Origin: Squalus acanthias
Lineage: Eukaryota
Direction of reading: 5' to 3'
Assembly (NCBI GenBank): GCA_030390025.1
Contig: CM059425.1
Location: 172,112,001-172,176,000 of the forward strand
Length of the DNA stretch: 64,000 nucleotides
The translations under genes were made by a program, and so were the position numbers. Positions 13,671 to 25,734 of this stretch are shown piece after piece (positions within the stretch are counted from its first letter, which is position 1; each line of letters opens with the position of its first letter). Below the pieces are notes generated by a model, which was given only the letters and a program-made list of their open reading frames with translations, was not told the origin of the DNA and ran no database searches.

Positions 13671-14198
13671 CGTTGCAAATGGGGTACTTGATTGTGCCCT
13701 AAAGGAGAGTTGAGAGGAGAAAAACAGTCGGTGCATACAGACAAGTTAGGGATATTGAGGAGCTGATTTGAGGATGTGGCTAATTCTGGAACAAATTTAA
13801 GTTCCATGTAGTCATGGTTGAAAAACTTATGCAGAATTGTAAAACTAAAACTAAGAAGGGAATCACTAAACAGCCAATTACTAATAAATAATGTAGAGTC
13901 ACATTTGTTTAAAAAAAACCTCCCAACTCCACACCAACGGAAGATTTAAAAAACTCAATTGAAGCATAGGAGTGTCATCAAGGGAATGACACAAACCTAG
14001 TCATTCAGCTTCATTTCCAAAATGGTATTCAGGAAAACTTTGAGCCAGGGTAGAGCACTTGTTAATGAATTGCATTGGTTTCTATCCATTCTTTCTGTGT
14101 GGACCAGGACAGTGAGTGTTGGCAGGCTATTTGACCTTCGAAGTGTCACAGCTAAACCTGAGCCTGTCCGCAGTTGAAAACCATACAAGTACTTTCTA

Positions 14199-14885
14199 CA
14201 ATAGCAAAATACTACGGATGCTGGAAATCTGAAATAACAACAGAAAATGCTGGAAACACTGAGCAGGCCAGGCAGCATCCGTGGAGAGAGAAACAGAGTT
14301 AACCCTTCGTCAGAACCATAAAAAGTTAGGGATGTAACAGGTTTTAAGCAGGTGCAGAGGCAGGGAAAGGTGGTGGGGAGGGGAGGAAGGGACGGTCTGT
14401 GCTAGAATGGAAGGCAAGAGAAATTAAATGTTGCAAATGGGGATGGCAGAATCATCAACCGCTGCCACCTGAAAAATTGGGGTCAGGGGTTATTGTCTGA
14501 AATTGTTAAACTCAATGTTGAGTCCAGAAGGCTGTAAAGTGCCTAATCGAAAGATGAGGTGGTGTTCCTCGAGCTTACATTGAACTTCATTGGAACAATG
14601 TAAGAGGCCGAGGACAGAGAGGTCGGAGTGGAGCGGAGAATTAAAGTGACAAGCGACCAGTCCCGGAATTTACCATTCTAGCACTGACCGTCCCTTTAGT
14701 TCCTTCCTCCCCTACCGCCCCCCCCCCCCACCCCCTTTCCCTGCCTCTGCACCTGCTTAAAACCTGTTACATCCCTAACTTTTTCCAGTTCTGACGAAGG
14801 GTCACAGACCTGAAACGTTAACTCTGTTTCTCTCTCCACGGATGCTGCCTGGCCTGCTGAGTGTTTCCAGCATTTTCTGTTATTT
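14199..14885. mobile_element. Fold-back PLE-like non-autonomous element (family 2)
   Basis: 13-bp TSD caagtactttcta (14186-14198, 14886-14898); long imperfect inverted arms (~14233-14410 vs ~14675-14885); left arm about 30 nt longer; hammerhead motif inside. Confidence 0.88.
14787..14823 (+). ncRNA. Minimal hammerhead ribozyme motif
   Basis: agtt CTGACGA aGGGTC aca GACCT GAAA CG TT aact; palindromic AACGTT. Confidence 0.8.
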
Positions 14886-16049
14886 CAAGTACTTTCTAGC
14901 TTGGTTTAATGGGTAACTGTATGAAGCAAGTACTGTTGTGGATTTGTTATTAATTGTTCTTGTTTATGGAAATTAATTATTAATGGGACATCCATATTTG
15001 AAAGATTTTAGACTTTTTTTCTTTGCCGCTTCCCAAAAGCATACTGCAAAACATGAAATTTATTCTGTATTCATATCTACATGGATCTTTTCCAAGTACT
15101 TTCAAACTCTGCTTAAAATGACTGTTGTACATGACTGTAAGATTTCCCCACAATTATCTATTCACTATGATCTAAAAATTGTTAATTTATTGTCGCCTGA
15201 TCTTTGGAACTGTCAAAACCAGCAAAGTTGGTAAGTTTTGGAATAGTTGCTTTTTTTGTAGAAAAAGTGAAAGGTAGGTTAGTTGCATGATGAAAGGATT
15301 CTGGTTTTTCAGTTGTTTGTAGTTTAGTAATTGTTTCTTAGAACCGAGGATAATTTGAACTTCAAACAACTGTACCTTAAATGTAATATTGAAAATCTGG
15401 GAATACTAGTCAGTTTGGACAAACGGAATTCATAATTGAATGTCCCCTTCAGTTGTTTCTTCACTGTGGGCCCCTCCATGCTAAGCTGTTCTGCAGTCAT
15501 ATTTTGTTTGACCAAACAACTTCCTGGTGGTGATTTTGATGTTTTGCAGTTCAGGACATCCTGGGCCTGACCATTTTCCTTTACTCTAAGAACTTTTATA
15601 TTTTACAATTGCAGTAAATTTTTTAAACGGTGTTTTCCAATTTCCCCCAGTCCTATCCCCCCCACCAATTTTTCTCCTTTCTGAAAGGCAAGTGATTCAT
15701 GTTGGGGGTGGTGTGATGGCAGTGGGACTTTATGAGCAGTGGTGGACGGACGTCTTGAACCTTGCTCGAGTCCATTATTGACTTGTGAGCCGAGACAGTT
15801 GAAGTGGGGTGGTGGTTGGGGAAGAGGCCCAGCCAAACCCGATGCAATTTTCACACAAGCTCACCTTTCTAGTAGTTGTCGCTGGATCATAATTGGGATG
15901 GGAAGCCTAGTGTTTTTTTTAAAGCTTCCTGCCCTCCAGCTCAGACACTTGGGTTGGTTACAATGCTCAGTTGACACCTGTCTGAGATCAGCCAAGTAAA
16001 CACTTACCAGGGATCAAGTCTCACCTACTTAGTTTATTGGCTTCTCTTC

Positions 16050-18897
16050 CTGCTCCCACACCGTTGCCTCTGGAGTCTCCCAAGGATCGATCCTTAGCCC
16101 CCCTCCTATTTTTCATTTACGTGTTGCCCCTCGGCGACATAATCTGGAAACATAGAAACATAGAAGATAGGAGCAGGAGTTGGCCATTCAGCCCCTTGAG
16201 CCTGTTCTGCCATTTAATGAGATCATGGCTGATCATCCAAATTCAGTACCCTGTCCCTGCTTTCTCCCCATATCCCTTGATCCCTTTAGCCTTAAGAAAT
16301 ATATCTAACTCATTCTTGAATATATTTAATGAATTGGCCTCAACTGCCTTCTGTGGCAGAGAATTCCACAGGTTCACCACTCTCTGGCTGAAGAAATTCC
16401 TCCTCATCTCAGTCTGAAATGGCTTACCCCTTATCCTTAGACTGTGACCCCTGGTTCTGGACTCCCCCGCCATCGGGAACATCCTTCCTGCATCAAGTCT
16501 GTCTAGTCCTGTCAGAATTTTATAAGTTTCAATGAGATCCCCTTTCATTCTTCTAAACTCTAGCGAATATAAGCCTAATCGACCCAATCTCTCTTCATAC
16601 GTCATTCCTGCCATCCCAGGTATCAGTCTGGTGAATCTTCGCTGCACTCCCTCCATGGCAAGAACATCCTTCCTCCGATAAGGCGACCAAAACTGCACAC
16701 AATACTCAAGGTGTGGTCTCACCAAGGCCCTGTACAACTGCAATAAGACATCCTTGCTCCTGTACTCGAATCCTCTCGCTATGAAGGCCAACATACCATT
16801 TGCCTTCTGAACCGCCTGCTGCACCTGCATGCTTACCTTCAGCGACTGGTGCACAAGGACACCCAGGTCTTGTTGCACTTCCCCTTTTCCCAATCTATTG
16901 CCGTTCAGATAATCTGCCTTCCTGTTTTTGCCACCAAAGTGGATAACCTCGCATTTATCCACATTATGGGCAGATGCATGGCAGATGCAGTAATCACCCA
17001 ACTTGTCCAAATCATACTGGAGTTTCTCTGCATCCTCACAACATGCACGCCCACCCACCCAGCTTTGTGTCGTCTGCAAACTTGGAGATATTACATCTAG
17101 TTCCCTCGTCTAGATCGTTAATATATATTGTGAATAACTGGGGTCCTGGTACTGATCCCTGCGGTACCCCACTAGTCACTGCCTGCCACTCGGAAAAAGA
17201 CCCGTTTATTCCAACTCTTTGCTTCCTGTCTGCCAACCAGTTCTCTATCCAAGTCAGTACCTTACCCCCAATCCCATGTGCTTTAACTTTGCACGCTAAT
17301 CTCTTATGCGGGACCTTATCGAAAGCCTTCTGAAAGTCCAAATACACCACATCCACTGGTTCTCCCTTATCTATTCTACCAGTTACATCCTCAAAAAATT
17401 CCAGTAGATTAGTCAAGCATGATTTACCTTTTGTAAATCCATGTTGACTTTGTCCGATCCTGTCACTGTTTTCCAAGTGCTCTGCTATTAGATCTTTTAT
17501 AATGGACTCCAGCATTTTCCCGACTACCGATGTCAGCTTTACCGGTCTATAATTCCCCGTTTTCTCTCTCCCACCTTTTTTAAATAGTGGGGTTACATTA
17601 GCTACCCTCCAATCCATGGGAACTGTTCCAGAGTCTGTAGAATTTTGGAAGATGACCAGCAATGCATCTACTATTTCTAGGGCCACTTCCTTAAGTACCC
17701 TAGGATGTAGATTATCAGGCCCTGGGGATTTATCGGCCTTCAATCCCGTTAATTTCCCTAACACCATTTCCCTACAAATACTGATTTCATTCAGTTCTTC
17801 CCTCTCATTAGACCCTATGTTCCCGACATCTCTGGGAGGTTATTTGTGTCCTCCTTTTATGAAGACAGAACCAAAGTATGTATTTAATTGGTCTGCCATT
17901 TCTTTGTTCCTCATTATAAATTCCCCTGATTCTGACTGCAAGGGACCTATGCTTGACTTCACCAATCTTTTTCTCTTCACAATCATCAGTTTCCACATGT
18001 ACGCTAACGACACCCAGCTCTACCTCACCACCACCTCTCTCGACCCCTCCACTGCCTCTGATTTGTCTCACTGCTTGTCTGATGAGCAGAAATTTTCTCT
18101 GATTAAATATTGGAAAGATTGAAGCCATTGTCTTCAGTCTTCGCCACAAACTCTGTTCCTTCGCCACCATCTCTGCCCCTAACCCTGGCCACTGTCTGAG
18201 ACTAAACCAGACTGTTAGCAACCTTGGTGTCCTATTTAACCCTGAGCTGAGTTTCTGAACAGATAGCCTCCATCAACATGACCGCCTACTTCCAACCCCG
18301 TAATGTTGCTCGTCTTCGCCCCTGCTTCCGCTCGTCTGTTGAAACCCTTATCCATGCCTTTGTTACCTCCAGACTTGACTATTCCTGACTGACCTCCCAT
18401 CTTGCACCCTCCAAAATTCTGCTGCCTGTGTCCTAACTTCTACCAAGTCCTGTTCACCCATCACCCCTGTGCTTACTGCACTACATTGGCTCCTGGTCTG
18501 GCAGCGCCTCAATTTTAAAACTCTCATCCTTGTTTTCAATTCCCTCCATGGCTTTACCCCTCCCTATCTCTGTAACCTCCTCCAGCTGTGCATCCCTCCG
18601 AGATCTCTGCTTTCCCCCAATTCTGTTATCTTGTGCATCCATGATTATCATTGATCCATCATTGGTGGTTGTGCCTTCAGCTGCCTAGGCCCTAAGCTCT
18701 GGAATTCCCTCCCTAAACCTTTCTGTCCTCCTTTTAAGACGCTCCTTAGACACCTACCTCTTTGACCAAGCTTTTGGTCACCTGTCCTAATATCTCCTTG
18801 TGTGGCTCAGTGTCAGATTTTATTTGATAATCCTCCTGTGTAGCGTCTTGGGACATTTTACTACGTTAAAGGCAATACTATATAAATGCAAGTTGTT
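16050..18897 (+). mobile_element. L2 LINE 3' part split by the CR1 above (16050-16147 + 17982-18897)
   Basis: GVxQGSxLxPLLF-like sequence left of the CR1 and FHMYANDTQLY right of it; LHWL..RLNFK; L2 tail ctatataaatgcaagttgtt. Confidence 0.85.
16148..17981 (-). mobile_element. Relatively young 5'-truncated CR1 LINE inserted into an L2
   Basis: Long ORF2 pieces (243 and 278 aa): [36 protein letters not shown]; tail catagaaacataga. Confidence 0.95.
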
Positions 18898-19589
18898 AAT
18901 ATCACCTAGGTTTTGCATTTATACAGCAGGCCATTTGGGGAACTCTTTCTTTCCTGTTCCTTACACAATTATGAGGGAGTTTTTTTCACCGTGGGATCAG
19001 AATACACATGTGACATGTTATCTTGTACTTTATTTTTCTGATTGCTAAATAGGTGTGAAATTTGTACACCAGAGAAGTAAAGTTTTAGTTATTTATGTCT
19101 TCCTATTTATAAAGACCTAAACTATGACTATAATAGATGGCCAGATAGTGATGATCAAAACTTTTTGTGCCTTAAATGTGGTACAATTTTAAATAGTGGA
19201 AAAAATATAGACTACCTTTCTAAAACAAGTATGAATCACTTGGAAACATCCAAGCCCCATTTACAGGTCTCGAAGTTGTATGTTGCTTTCATAATGTTTT
19301 AAAAAATTGAATGCTGTGCATTGGCCAAGAGCAGTCCCTACCAATCCAATATATTTAAAACATTTTTAAAACAGCTGGCCTCCTTTTATCAGAAGTTTAA
19401 TTTTCATCCTATTTTCCATGTCCAGACTGCACTGAAGCAGGATGCCTCAACACTCTCTTTCTACTTTTCATTGCACTCATTTGAATATTTCTCAGGCATT
19501 GGGACACCCAAGCATTTAATGGCTTTCTAAAGCTGTTTAATATATGTAAAGCCTGATTTGTAGAATAACTTGTAGTTTGTTTAACTTCG

Positions 19590-20157
19590 GATAGCCTCTC
19601 TGACTAATTGACCCTCCCACAAATCTCCTCCATGTATTCTTCCATAAACTTGAGCTCACCCAAAACTCCGCTGCCCGTATCCTAACTCACATCAAATGCC
19701 GTTCACCCATCAACCCTGCGCTTGCTGCCCTACATTGGCTTCTGGTTCACCAATGCCTCACTTTTAAAATTCTTGTCCCCGTGTTCAAATCCGTCCATGG
19801 ACTCTTCCCCTCCCTATCTCTGAAACCTACTTTAGCCCTACAACCCTCTGAGAACTCTCTGTTCCGCCAACTCTGGCCTCTTGTGTATCCCCCCCACTTC
19901 CTTCACCCCACCATTGGCAGCTGCCTTTAAACATTTAGGCCCTAAACTCTGGAATTCCCTCCCTAAAACTCTGCCCATCTCTTAATAGATGCTCCTTTTA
20001 TAAGATTTTTTTTTTGACCAAGTGTTTGGTCACCTGGCCTAATGTCTCTTTCGTTCTTTGGCTTTGGTGCCAATTTTTGTCTCATTACACTCCTGTGAAT
20101 CACCTTGGGACGTTTTACTACATTAGAAGTGCTATGTAAATGCATGTAGTTGTTGTA
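19590..20157 (+). mobile_element. L2 3' fragment
   Basis: Similar to 18400-18897 (ctacattggct, ctctggaattccctccctaaa, gctatgtaaatgca tail). Confidence 0.8.
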
Positions 20158-20844
20158 ATATTGCTGGTAGAGCTGATGGTGGGTGGAGAGAAGGATCCTG
20201 GCTAATTGGAATTGAAAATGCAGTTGAAATCCTATTACGTGTGTCTTGTGAGACCATCCATTACATGTAAGGACACATCTGCAAATTCCGGATTTCCGCG
20301 TTTCACTGCGCATGTGCGTACTCTGGATCTTGCTGTCCGATTTACTCCATAATAACTCTGAGCGCTGATAGCCTCATCGTTATTCTCAATGCAAAATCCA
20401 GGCCATTGTCTCAGTCAGTTTGCCTGTGTATCTATGAATATCTTGTTACCTCAATAATTAATTTGACCAGATTTCAAGAACTGAAAAAATGTTCAAAAAC
20501 TTTAAAAAAAAATTGATATTGGAGTTCTGAAGAAGAATTATGATTTTAGATTTAATTTGAAAAAATATTAATGTGTGCTACTTTTAGATCCATTTTCAAC
20601 AATGTTCAGTCACAAAATGGAATTTCCTTCTTCGAGAGTTTTTTTTAACCTCTGCAGTGGCAACTTCTTTGAGTGCATTTTAATTCATTTTAGAATTATT
20701 CATCTGATTTTTTTCCTCCTAAAATTCCAACATTAGATTTTTTTAATGAAGGGACTTCTCGTAATTATAGTTTATAAATAACCTTGTTTCATCAAATATC
20801 CAGTTACACGTGTTGGTTTGCTGACAGATATGGTGTACATTGTT

Positions 20845-21265
20845 GGCCTCCGCTCAGTGATAGCTCACTCACCTCTGAGGCAGAATATTGTGGGTTCAAG
20901 CCCCAGTCCAGAGACTGACACTTAAGTGCAGTACTGAGTGACTGCTGTACTGTTGGAGGTGTAGTTAGGATGAGACATTAAACTGAGACCCCGTCTGCCC
21001 CCTCAGGTGGATGTAAAAGATCCGATGGCACTATTTGAAGTAGGGGAGTTCTCTTGGGGTCCTGACCTATATTTATTCCTCCACCAGCAGCAACAAATTA
21101 GCTGGTCATTTATCTGTTTGCTATTTATGGGATCTTGCTGTGCAGAAATTGGCTGCCGTGTTGTGCAACCTAACAGTGATGACACTTGAAAAGTACTTAA
21201 TTGACTGAAATGCTTTAGGATGTCCTGAGGTTGTAAATGGTGCTATGTAACTGCAAATTTGTTCT
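20845..21265 (+). mobile_element. Decayed tRNA-derived SINE
   Basis: gctcagtgatagc...tgggttcaagcccca head; body similar to the reverse complement of 7970-8432. Confidence 0.8.
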
Positions 21266-21713
21266 TAGTAATATTTTGCATACAATTTTGAATTTGGGAG
21301 AAGATAGTAACGGGTGTATGAAAAACTATCATCTTGCCATGATCACGTTGATCCAGAATTTACCAGGAACACAATGGCGAGTTTAATGCGCAAGCCATCA
21401 TTAGTGTGTAAATAACCCAGCAATTTCTGGTGAGGAAGAGATACGGCGTGAGTTGCAAATTGCTGGACGATTTGAGCTGTTCCGCCGTTAGCCTCATGGA
21501 AACAGGAGCTCGCCATCCACCTCCCCATCAGTTTGAAGAACTGCCGCAGAAAGTTAGGACTGGTATTTAATGACCAGATTTATGTTCCTGCAATGCCACT
21601 CAACTTCTCTGGTCCAGAAAGGGACAATTAAAACTGTGAAGTCTCGCTCCTGCAGGCTGTAAATTGTTCCTTAGAGGTTTGTAAAATTTTAATGTTAAAA
21701 TTTTTTTCTTGCG

Positions 21714-21720
<7 letters not shown>

Positions 21721-21748
<28 letters not shown>
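21721..21748 (+). repeat. (CT)14 microsatellite
   Basis: Direct reading. Confidence 0.95.
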
Positions 21749-21752
<4 letters not shown>

Positions 21753-22147
21753 CCAATCTTTCTTCCCTCTTTATTTCTCTTTCTGTATTGAATTTCTCTC
21801 ATTCACCCTATTTGGGTGTACAGGACACAACTTCAAAATTTGCAGAGGACACAAAACTTGGAAGTATAGTGAACAGTGAGGAGGATAGTGATAGACTTCA
21901 AGAGGACATAGACAGGCTGGTGGAATGGGTGGACACGTGGCAGATGAAATTTAACGCAGAAAAGTGCAAAGTGATACATTTTGGTAGGAACAACGTGGAG
22001 AGGCAATCTAAACTAAAGGGTACAATTCTAAAGGGGGTGCATGAACAAAGAGACCTGGGGGTATATGTGCACAAATCGTTGAAGGTGGCAGGGCAGGTTG
22101 AGAAAGTGGTTAAAAAAGCATACGGGATCCTGGGCTTCATAAATAGA

Positions 22148-22278
22148 AATGAGAAGTCGCACAACACCAGGTTATAGTCCAACAGATCTATTTAAAATTA
22201 CAAGCTTTCGGCGCTATCGCCCCTTCGTCAGGTAAAGTTACAATGAGTGAATCTACAAAAGTTCACAGAATATAAACA
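22148..22278 (-). mobile_element. 5'-truncated PLE 3' end (family 1 variant) inserted in CR1
   Basis: Shares gagaagtcgcacaacaccaggttatagtccaacag with the other PLE ends; imperfect 10-bp TSD cataaataga/cataaatcga (22138-22147, 22279-22288). Confidence 0.85.
22198..22235 (-). ncRNA. Minimal hammerhead ribozyme motif with compensatory stem I
   Basis: Reverse complement: ttac CTGACGA a GGGGC gata GCGCC GAAA GC TT gtaa. Stem I is ttac/gtaa versus tcac/gtga in the other copies. Confidence 0.8.
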
Positions 22279-23589
22279 CATAAATCGAGGCATAGAGTAC
22301 AAAAGCAAGGAAGTTATGATGAACCTTTATAAAACACTGGTTCGGCCTCAACTGGAGTATTGTGTCCAATTCTGGGGACCGCACTTTAGGAAGGATGTGA
22401 AGGCCTTAGAGAGGATGCAGAAAAGATTTACGAGAATGGTTCCAGGGATGAGGGGCTTCAGTTACGTGGATAGGCTGGAGAAGCTGGGGTTGTTCTCCTT
22501 CGAACAGTGAAGGTTAAGAGGAGATTTGATAGAGGTGTTCAAAATCATGAGGGGTCTGGACAGAGTAGATAGAGAGAAACTGTTCCCATTGGCAGAAGGG
22601 TTGAGAACCAAGGGCAATTAGGAATAGGCAATAAATGCTGGCCTTGCCAGTGATGCCTACATCCCATGAACGAATAAAAAAAAAAAAAACCAGAGGACAC
22701 AGATTTAAGGTGAATGGCAGAAGAACCAAAGGTGACATGAGGAAAAAATGTTTACGCAGCAAGTAGAATGCAATGCCTGAAAGGGCGGTAGACGAGCTGA
22801 AGTGCTCTTGCAGAGAAACGGCACGGGCTCAACGGGCCGAATGGCCTCTTCTGTGTTGTAAGCATTCTATGATTTTTTTTGTTTCTTTATCTTTAAATCT
22901 CATTGGTAAAGAGATGGACTGTTAGTCCCCTCATTCACCAAGTTCCCAGATGCCCATTGACCTTGCTGCTCGGTTACCAGTTCGCACTACCAGCAATGAG
23001 TGGCGCAAATGTTTTTTCAAGCTGAAGAGTAAGTAAAATAATCTAACAAACAGGGAACACTGCAAGATGCCCTGCTGCAGCAAATTCTGGGCCATAGTTC
23101 CTTATTTGTTCAGCTCCATTATAAAATAAGAAATTCATGTCCTCCTGTTGGGTAGGGGAAAGGAAATACCAGAGATTTTTCTTCAATTGCATTGTCCCAT
23201 ACTGATATCAGGTCCTCATCCCTTCCCCATATAAATGTGCTTTTCTGAGCTATATCTTCAGTTCTTTTTCATCTGTTGATTCTGCTCACAAATAAGCTTC
23301 CACTTGATCTTCATTTTGTTAGTGTTAGCTTATTTTTAAGGTGTAAAATGTTTGCAGAAATATTTTTGCCTTGGGTGGTGCATGCTTAGCAAATGTTTCA
23401 GTTCTGGTCTTCCTGTTCGAGTTTTTATTTACATATTTTTTTCAGGATCAGTGTCTAAGAACTGGAGTGAACCTTTATATACCCCATTCTTGGTAATAGT
23501 GAGCCCAGGAGTTGAACAGAAGCACTTAAACTTATTTAGTTTACTAGATGCAACACAAGCCCTCTTATGACCGTTATTTCCAAAAGGCA

Positions 23590-24746
23590 TTCGTTCAGGT
23601 GCCACACAAAAGGTTGCTTAAGGGCTCATGGGGTTGGGAGTAATATATCAGCATGGACAGAGGATTGGTGAACAGACAGAAAACAGAGAGTAGGGATAAA
23701 TGGATCATTTTCAGGTTGGCAGGCTGTAACAAGTGGGGTGCCGCAAGGATCAGTGCTTGGGCCTCAGCTATTTGCAATCTATATTAATGACTTGGATGAA
23801 GGGACAGAGGGTAATGTATCCAAGTTTGCTGATACAAAGTTAGGTGGGAAAGTAAGCTGTGAGGAGGACACAAAGAGCCTGCAAAAGGATATAGACAAGT
23901 TAAGTGAGTGGGCAATAAGGTGGCAGATGGAGTATAATGTGGGGAAATGTGAGGTTATTCACTTTGGTAGGAAGAATAGAAAAACAGAATATTTTTTAAA
24001 TGGTGAGAAACTATTAAATGTTGGTGTTCAGAGAGATTTAGGTGTTCTTGTACAGGAAACAAAGTTAGCATGCAGGTACAGCAACCAATTAGAAAGGCAA
24101 ATGGCATGTTGGCCTTTATTGTAAGAGGGTTGGAGTACAAGAGTCAGAAAGTCTCACTACAATTGTGCAGGGCTTTGCTGAGACCACACCTGGAGTACTG
24201 TGCACAGTTTTGGTCTCCTTATCTGAGAAAGGACATAGATGCCTTAGAGGCGGTGCAACAAAGGTTCACTCGATTGATCCCTGGGATGAGTGTTGTCCTA
24301 ATGAGGAAAGATTGAGTAGATTGGGCCTTTCCTCTCTGGAATTTAGAAGAATGAGAGGTGATCTCATTGAAACATATAAGATTCTGAGGGGGATTGACAG
24401 GGTAGATGTTGAGAGGTTGTTTTCCCTGGCTGGAGAGTCTAGAACTAGGTGGCATGGTCTCAAGATAAGGGATGGGCCATTTAAGAATGAGATGAGGAGG
24501 AATTTCTTCACTTAGAGGGTTGTGAATCTTGGGAATTCTCTGTCCGAAAAGGCTGCGGATGCTGAGTCATTTAATATATTTAAGGCTAAGATAGATCGAT
24601 TTTTGGACTCGTAGGGGAATCAAGGGCTATGGAGATTGGGCGGGAAAGTGGAGTTGAGGTCGAAGATCAGCTATGATCTTATTGAATGGTGGAGCAGGCT
24701 CGAAGGGCCATACGGCCTACTCCTGCTCCTAATTCTTATGTTCTTA
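23590..24746 (+). mobile_element. 5'-truncated CR1 LINE, followed tail-to-tail by an older CR1 3' end on - (~24747-25070)
   Basis: PQGSVLGPQLF, KCEVIHFG, RRMRGDLIE, ttcttatgttctt tail. Confidence 0.9.
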
Positions 24747-25734
24747 GAACCATAGAGATTTACAGTGCAGAAGGAGGCCCTTTGGCCCATCGTCTCTGTG
24801 CTGTCTCTGTGCTGGAGTCTCCCAAAGGTATTCCCACTGCCCCACACTTTTCCCATAGCTCTGCTTCAAATATTTGTCCAATTTTCCCTTAATAGATGAA
24901 ATGGTCTTTTCTGTAACCCCTTCTCATAGCAAAGCATTCCATGCTCCAGCAATCCTCTGTGTACAGAAATGTCTCCTATCCTTTCTCCTCACTCTCAGTG
25001 ACAACTTTAAATTGATGACCCCTTGTCACTGACTCACCAGCTAGTAGAAATAGTCTCTCCCTATTCAATTGATCAAAATCTTCAATAATAAATCTAATTT
25101 TGCCCTTATGGACTTGAGAAAGCAGAGACATGTAATGCTGTGTCAGATGGTGGTTTGGCTGTAAAGTACAAGACAGATTTACTAAAAGCATAAACAGTGG
25201 CAAAGACAATATAACAGTTTGCACTTTTTACAGAACTATTAATTTATTACAGAAAATAATAAAAACCCTTGGCTTATATTCTTAATAATAATCTTGTGTG
25301 GAATGCTTCTCAAATCCCCCATGGAGCCTCCAGCCTTCCTTGCAGTGGTCTCAGAAGGGCTGATGATCTGATATATATGCCTCTGGTACTCTTAAATTTT
25401 ATCGAGGAATCAAAAATATAATCAAACATATAGACGAAGAAAATGCCAGCAGCTCGGAGGGCTCCTCTTAAGAGTGTTAGCAGTTTCCATTCTTTGAATC
25501 TTTGTTGTATGTCCAACCAAACAGTTTTGAGCAGTGAATCTAATTTAAACCGACCAGCAAAGAAAATGGCATGTGCAGAAAAAAATATAAAGACTTTCCT
25601 GTGATATAAAATGTTATGAAACTCATTACAATGGTTTCTTGGTTAGCTTGCTCTCTCAGTTTTTCCGCCTGGCTTTAATATCTGTACTGAATGCCAGTAG
25701 CCATTGCTGTCGTATGTTCTGTAGAGCAGGGTCT

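Larger units (their letters stand above)
21811..22875 (+). mobile_element. 5'-truncated CR1 with nested PLE end (22148-22278) and a poly(A)-tailed LINE 3' fragment (~22610-22688)
   Basis: SKFAEDTKLG, KCKVIHFG, LVRPQLEYC; tail attctatgatt. Confidence 0.9.
21350..23093. mobile_element. Putative Harbinger-type MITE split by the CR1
   Basis: Imperfect termini gatccagaatttacca ... cagcaaattctgggcc. Confidence 0.45.
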
